A stretch of DNA of 64,000 bases, taken from assembly GCA_964478755.1 (NCBI GenBank), contig CAYZJP010000007.1, positions 1,117 to 65,116 on the forward strand. The letters run 5' to 3'. The position numbers and the translations under genes are program-made. The DNA is from an uncultured Klebsiella sp. GTDB taxonomy: Bacteria; Verrucomicrobiota; Verrucomicrobiia; Limisphaerales; SXTU01. Below, piece after piece: positions 61,601 through 64,000 of the stretch (its first letter is position 1; each line of letters begins with the position of its first letter). Under the pieces are notes generated by a model, which was not told the DNA's origin, ran no database searches, and was given only the letters and a program-made list of their open reading frames with translations.

Positions 61601-62330
61601 ACATGAACATGAAGATGTCGTTGAACGTGTCCACGCCGCCGGTGATGACCATGTCCGAGCGGCCGGACTGCAACTCCAGCGCGGCCAGGTGCAGCGCGGC
61701 GAAGCTGCTCGCGCACGCGGCGTCCACGACGCAGTTCGTGCCGCCGAGGTCGAGGCGCGCGGCGATGCGGCCCGCGGCGACGTTGCCGAGCAAACCGGGA
61801 AAGGAATTCTCCTGCCACGGCACGTAGCCGTCGGCGATGCGCTGCACGACATCCTCGGCGAGTTCATCATCAACGCCGGCTTCTTTCAACGCGCGCCGCC
61901 AGATTGGATGACCGAGCCGCGCGCCGAGCGGGATGACGAGTTCGAGCGCGCCGGTGACGCCGAGGAGCACGCTGGTTTTCTGGCGGTTGAAGGGCTTCTT
62001 GTCGTAGCCCGCGTCGGCGAGCGCCTGTTTCGCGGCGACCATGCCGAGCAGTTGCGTCGTGTCGGTCGCCTCGATGTCCTTCGGCGCGATGCCGAATTCC
62101 ATCGGGTTGAAGTCCACCGGCGAAATGAAACCGCCGCGACGCGCGTAGGTCATGTCGGGCGACTTCGGGTCGGCGTTGAAGAAATCGTCGGTCTTCCAGT
62201 GCGTGCGATCGGGCAGCGGCGTAATGGCGTCGGCGCCGGACTTGATGTTGCGCCAGTAGGCCTGGAGGTCATCCGCCTTCGGGAAGATGCAACTGAGGCC
62301 GACAATGGCGAGGGGGGCGGACTGGCTCAT
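55644..62330 (-). CDS. pfaA: PUFA-synthase PfaA-like megasynthase: KS - MAT - ACP - ACP - KR - PKS-type DH
   Basis: Track ORF is 55644..62534, trimmed to ATG 62330 (MSQSAPLAIVGLSCIFP), which overlaps the pfaD stop by 1 nt (TGATG). KS: DAACASSFAAL, EAHGTGTKVGD, SQIGHTKAAAG. MAT: FPGQGSQYVGM, GHSYGE. Two ACPs: LGMGLDSDLG[IV]DSIKRVEIMAAL. KR: VVVTGGARGVTA. DH: LVSHVMNGRAVLPAA. Confidence 0.9.
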   Translation of the reverse strand: MSQSAPLAIVGLSCIFPKADDLQAYWRNIKSGADAITPLPDRTHWKTDDFFNADPKSPDMTYARRGGFISPVDFNPMEFGIAPKDIEATDTTQLLGMVAAKQALADAGYDKKPFNRQKTSVLLGVTGALELVIPLGARLGHPIWRRALKEAGVDDELAEDVVQRIADGYVPWQENSFPGLLGNVAAGRIAARLDLGGTNCVVDAACASSFAALHLAALELQSGRSDMVITGGVDTFNDIFMFMCFSKTPALSPTGDAKPFDKNCDGTILGEGLGMVVLKRLTDAERDGDKIYCVLKGIGSSSDGRGGAIYEPRSEGQIQAIERAYTNADVTADTVELIEAHGTGTKVGDATELRSLTKVFSAAKSDGAWAALGSVKSQIGHTKAAAGVAGLIKAALALERKVLPPTIKVSQPLDDAAPGSPFYVNTTKRPWLPRANHPRRAGVSAFGFGGTNFHCVLEEHGGARQAPDWNGDVEILALCAEKLSDLRAQLAALPTELPWPDLRRRAHASRQSFRIEAKFRLLLPLSKESSSKPTASSSLAPAGGEGRGEGVASEQFSLAPLRDAALAMLDKHPDKTSWALPTGVCFGSGERRGKLGALFPGQGSQYVGMFRDLACQFPEVLDALADADAAFAVAATPSSQSAWAQRPAARTGDAASPAPRCAEAAQPRLSDFIYPHPAFNDEARHAQEEALKATDVAQPALGAVSVAALSLAESFGITIEATSGHSYGELAALYGAGRLKRESLHLLSNVRGRLMANRNGHSDRGSMLAVQAEEKTVAELARLNDSQLVIANRNSPTQFVLAGPKLQIEYAAGEAAKRSIRARVLPVAAAFHSSLVADAREPFAAVLEEIPFTKGRIPVYANSTAREYPPGAKPARDLLASQMVRPVDFIKQMETMHADGVTTFLELGPGHVLCDLVQAILPGRDVDAIALDASRGTRNGTFDLAIALCRVAALGHAVDLTKWETVPPAAPVKNAKPAFTVPVSGANVRMTRPPERPPLPRREMVNANSNTSPEQRAASPAAPLSGDVAAALQTAQQGMLALQKLQEQTAQLHQQFLANQEAARRSLESLLGQRRELLGLPPLAPAAAPDAVQRIAPAPVSSAPMQREALGSARVSRAESGVAPDSFAAQTSVVVRNEKPVEQRSQHDDGNCPPESRVPQTADISRIATSVLEIVSEKTGYPAEMLTLGMGLDSDLGIDSIKRVEIMAALRARLPDAPEVKPEHLGTLQTLQDVVNFLCAGGSSTVEVRGVTAADSARDAFVSAGVDAAEASRVLLQVVSEKTGYPLEMLNLGMGLDSDLGVDSIKRVEIMAALRTQLPSAPEIKPEHLGSLRTLQEVVDFLCAGSAPGGTGHWPVPSGDSPDETTNASVAKPAQLPTRLPSAIPVGGSPTVTGESPVPPRPTLFRQILRPTPFPAADTRPHVTLAPGSLVWLTDDGTSLTAALVKNLEQRGLTVRRGAPTELLADRNAPLPAALVLLAPAASGGDAFLKSAFRLIQVAAPSLRAAGRSGAAVLVSASRLDGLFGLGVMNATADVVSGGLAGLVKTARHEWPEVHCKALDLDPGAASGTELANQITEEIFRAGPIEVGLFGGQRYSLEIETAPVLDNPAPALQRGDLVVVTGGARGVTATSVLELARRHQPRFLLLGRSTLPDAEPHWLVGLTSEADIKKALLAHADGDRSPKRLEAKFREVMAQREIRTHLAEIRATGALAHYATLDVRDAATVTATLAEVRAAHGPIRGLIHGAGVLADKLIEQKTEEQFDLVYGTKVHGLRNLLAATATDDLRLIALFSSYTGRFGRTGQVDYAAANEVLNKMAQAEARRRPQCRVVAFNWGPWNGGMVNDGLRKIFEREGVGLIEPDAGADCFVRDVLAPTGEAVEILALAQPVQGGTANLAVLDGNLPSSFGTVTVQPNRVALGAVRAAGGSPAATGQWPVPPGPVSSPSSFHPAFDRDISVRALPCLVSHVMNGRAVLPAALIIEWLAHGALHGNPGLAFHGFDGFKVLKGLVLEGDATAHVTVSAAPPQPRDGLLAVPVQFTSRNGGNKSTLHATAEILLADTLPTAPSITPAVKRNGILSEKVYGDGRLFHGPDFQCIEALEVCNPTNAAALVRSAPAPKQMIAQPLRPAWLADPLALDAAFQLMILWSTAQRAAPSLPCALRSFRQFAAFPKTGGSRVVARVTSAETPVAVADLQFFDRAGALLALGEGYEFVVDANLREAFRQNHLPA
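56517..56664. repeat. PAL-3 element in-frame in pfaA (KR-DH linker)
   Basis: GGGTGGAACGGGCCACTGGCCCGTTGC ... GGCCAAGTTGGCCGTTCCACCC. Encodes QGGTANLAVLDG...AAGGSPAATGQWPVPPG. Confidence 0.75.
58131..58287. repeat. PAL-3 element in-frame in pfaA (ACP-KR linker), opposite orientation to the 50522 copy
   Basis: GGGTGGCACGGGCGACTCGCCCGTGAC ... GGGACAGGCCAGTGGCCTGTTCCACCC. The sub-hairpins GGCGACTCGCC and GGCCAGTGGCC are swapped end-for-end relative to the other copies. Encodes GGTGHWPVPSGDSPDE...VTGESPVPP. Confidence 0.85.
58321..58830. repeat. Tandem ~312-bp duplication encoding the two ACP domains of pfaA
   Basis: Blocks beginning TCCTGCAGGGTGCGAAGGGAGCCGAGGTGCTCGGGTTT (58321) and TCCTGTAAAGTCTGCAACGTGCCGAGGTGCTCGGGTTT (58633) align over about 190 bp. 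I estimate ~80% identity by eye. Confidence 0.8.
58855..59001. repeat. PAL-1-like (diverged) element in-frame in pfaA (AT-ACP linker)
   Basis: Ends ...GAATCGGGCGCGACGCCCGATTCAGCACGCGAGACGCGCGCGCTCCCC and starts GGAACGCGCGACTCCGGCGGGCAG. Encodes GSARVSRAESGVAPDS...CPPESRVPQ. Confidence 0.6.
60411..60436. repeat. PAL-9 hairpin in-frame inside the pfaA AT domain (part of a ~110-bp insert at 60330-60437)
   Basis: CTGCGACGAGGGCGTCGCAGCCACGG, a 1-nt indel relative to 55594-55618. The flanking hairpins GGCGACGCCGCGTCGCC and GCAGCGGGGCGCTGC belong to the same insert. The insert encodes VAATPSSQSAWAQRPAARTGDAASPAPRCAEAAQPR, between ADADAAFA and LSDFIYP. Confidence 0.75.
60680..60720. repeat. PAL-8 half-element in-frame in pfaA (KS-AT linker)
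   Basis: CCCCCTCACCCCGGCCCTCTCCCCCGGCGGGGGCGAGGGAG. The first ~22 nt are identical to the intergenic copy at 55357. Encodes SLAPAGGEGRGEGV. Confidence 0.8.
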
Positions 62331-63871
62331 CACGTAACAGGCTTTGCGTTCAACAACTCGTGCAGACGACTCGGTTCGATGGGAGCACAATCCGCCTCGC
62401 CCGGCAGCAAGGGAATTCCCTGCATGCGCAGCGCGTGCGCGCGCAGGTGGACCGCAGCTCCGTATATCAAGTTCAGCGCGACGACCTCGGCGCGGCGATT
62501 CTCCGGCTGCGCGAGGAACGTGCCGCGCGTCCACTCATTGAACGCGCCCATCGCCGGCCCGCACCAGATTTGATAGTCCATTACGCGCGACGGCTCGCCG
62601 GCGTTGGCCCAGCGCGAGCTGAGGCCGAGGTAACTGCGGAAGACCAGCGCCATCTGGTGCTTCGCGTCGCGCTCGGCGCGCTCGACTTGCTTCGCATCGC
62701 GCTTGAGCCAGAACTCGCGCGTGGTCCGCCAAGTCTCGTCGAGCGTGGCGCGGAAGAATTGTTTCTCCAACTGCGCGCGGTCCGCCTCGGGAATCGCGTC
62801 GAGGCTCGGATGCGCGCGGTAGAGTTCCCAGAGCTTCGCGGCGCGCATCGGGAACATCGTGCCGCGCTTGAGCACCTGGAGCTTCACACCCATCTCGAAC
62901 ATGTCGGCGGCCGGAGCCATCGCAGTGTCCGCCTGCTCCGCTTGCGCGAGCATCTTGCGCACGACGTCGCTGGAGCCGGACTCGACGCACGCCTGGTTCA
63001 CGGAGCCAGTGACGACGTAAGCCGCGCCCATCGCGAACGCCGCCGCCAAGCCCGACGGCGTGGACAAACCACCAGCCGCACCGACCCGCAGCGGCTGCGC
63101 GTAGCCGAACTTCGCCTGCAGCCGGTCGCGCAGCGCCAGCAGCGTGGGCAACAGCGTGACGAGCGGGCGGTTGTCCGTGTGCCCGGCGGAATCCGCCTCG
63201 CCGGTCACGTCCTGCGCGACGGGGATTTGCGCGGCGAGCGCGGCCTGCTCGCCGGTGAGTTCGCCGGTGCGGACGAGTTCATTCAGCATCTCCGCCGGCG
63301 GCGGTGAGAAGAATTGCGTCGCCACTTCGACGCGCGAGACTTTTGCGATGATGCGGTTGGGCGTTATGATGCTGCCCGCCGCGTCGCGATGAATACCCGC
63401 GACGCGATACCGAACGACGGGCATCGTGAGCCGTAAATAAGCGGACGCTTCGATGAGGCGCACGCCACGGTGATTAAGCAACTCAGCAACGGCAGCCTCG
63501 ATGTCCGGCTCATTCGGGCTGTGGATGAGATTGACTCCGAAAGGCAGGCCGGGAATCTCGCGTTGCAATCGGTCCACCGCAGAGGCGACGCGTTCCGGTC
63601 CAAGGCCGGCTGCGCCGAAGAAGCCGAGCATCCCGCCGCGCGCCATCGCCTCGACCAGTTCGACCGACGCGATGCCATTCGCCATCGCACCGGCCACGTA
63701 AGCGTAACGCAGCCCGTGGTCGCGTCGGAAAGTTGCATCGCCGAGACTGTCTAACACCTGTGTGAGCGAAGGGGACGAGTCGCGTCCGATGGCGCTCGGG
63801 TGCGCGTCGGCGTGACCCCGCCGCGTCGCCGCGCCAGTGGCCGTTTTGGTTTCAGTTTCTAGCTCAATCAT
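62330..63871 (-). CDS. pfaD: PfaD-family enoyl reductase (nitronate-monooxygenase-like TIM barrel)
   Basis: 513-aa ORF with FRRDHGLRYAYVAGAMANGIASVELVEAMARGGMLGFFGAAGL, typical of PfaD. Confidence 0.9.
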   Translation of the reverse strand: MIELETETKTATGAATRRGHADAHPSAIGRDSSPSLTQVLDSLGDATFRRDHGLRYAYVAGAMANGIASVELVEAMARGGMLGFFGAAGLGPERVASAVDRLQREIPGLPFGVNLIHSPNEPDIEAAVAELLNHRGVRLIEASAYLRLTMPVVRYRVAGIHRDAAGSIITPNRIIAKVSRVEVATQFFSPPPAEMLNELVRTGELTGEQAALAAQIPVAQDVTGEADSAGHTDNRPLVTLLPTLLALRDRLQAKFGYAQPLRVGAAGGLSTPSGLAAAFAMGAAYVVTGSVNQACVESGSSDVVRKMLAQAEQADTAMAPAADMFEMGVKLQVLKRGTMFPMRAAKLWELYRAHPSLDAIPEADRAQLEKQFFRATLDETWRTTREFWLKRDAKQVERAERDAKHQMALVFRSYLGLSSRWANAGEPSRVMDYQIWCGPAMGAFNEWTRGTFLAQPENRRAEVVALNLIYGAAVHLRAHALRMQGIPLLPGEADCAPIEPSRLHELLNAKPVT

Positions 63872-64000
63872 CGCCCTAGCCCCGCTTCGGACGGCGCTGT
63901 CGGCGCGGTCTTCAGGGAAACGCCGGATTCACTGGCGGTTCGCTCACGAGGCGAGCGGGGATTTGAACAGGAAACGGAGGTGATAAACCATCAAAATATT

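Noticed and set aside
47768-62534. Possibility that the repeat-bearing pfa genes are pseudogenes, contain introns or inteins, or are assembly artefacts.
   Set aside because: Both ORFs are uninterrupted (2511 and 2296 codons in the track). All catalytic motifs are intact and in the expected order. The inserts lack intein or group I/II intron hallmarks. The same element families are also tolerated in the essential valS. Only re-sequencing could exclude assembly error.
55644-62534. N-terminal extensions in the ORF track: pfaA from 62534, PPTase from 42923, oleB from 46996, 21959.., 13060.., 27711.., 26330..27967, 38121.., 39009.., 39310.., 35260..36309.
   Set aside because: The extensions overlap upstream genes, are Arg/Ala-rich with no homology signal, and have in-frame starts that either overlap the upstream stop codon or precede signal peptides or conserved N-termini. 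The coordinates were trimmed accordingly, and start uncertainty is noted per feature.
1-64000. Search for tRNA, rRNA, transposase, integrase, phage genes or a clear genomic-island boundary.
   Set aside because: By eye I saw no cloverleaf-like or rRNA-like sequence and no DDE, tyrosine- or serine-recombinase motifs in any long ORF. The only compositionally odd stretches are the short ones listed above (valS 31950-32220, the two 21-bp arrays, and the vapB promoter patch).

Overview
High-GC chromosomal segment, probably from a PVC-superphylum bacterium (Verrucomicrobia-like). That placement is an inference from three PVC-type dehydrogenase/HEAT/cytochrome-c proteins and from the repeat families; I ran no database search. 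I call 40 protein genes and found no rRNA, tRNA, CRISPR array, transposase or phage gene.

Gene content, left to right:
- Pyruvate carboxylase, truncated by the left window edge.
- A sugar-acid/pectin-type island: UxaE-like epimerase, TIM-barrel isomerase, RbsD/FucU, aldo-keto reductase, SGNH esterase and a PL10-like pectate lyase, flanked by giant dehydrogenase-cytochrome c proteins.
- A VTC/DUF4956 pair, rluB, a PQQ-propeller protein and cimA.
- A vapBC module wedged directly in front of valS, then uxaA.
- A tight operon of three AIM24/TIGR00266 paralogs, then Sel1, FmdB and a Thr/Ser dehydratase.
- A ~22-kb minus-strand lipid supercluster: pfaD, pfaA-like, pfaC-like, oleA, oleB, oleC, oleD and an Sfp-type PPTase.

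The most unusual signal is at the DNA-repeat level. At least nine families of nested-palindrome elements (25-160 bp) occur in intergenic DNA and also in-frame inside intact ORFs:
- about 13 copies in the two pfa megasynthase genes, one of them inside a KS catalytic domain;
- 3 palindromic inserts in valS, plus a separate low-GC segment;
- one copy in each of two dehydrogenase/cytochrome genes.
This resembles Rickettsia palindromic elements (RPE).

Other notable structures are a REP-like hairpin element that fills four intercistronic gaps and two unrelated arrays with strict 21-bp periodicity.

Repeat boundaries are read by eye and are good to about +/-3 nt. Identities were not computed.
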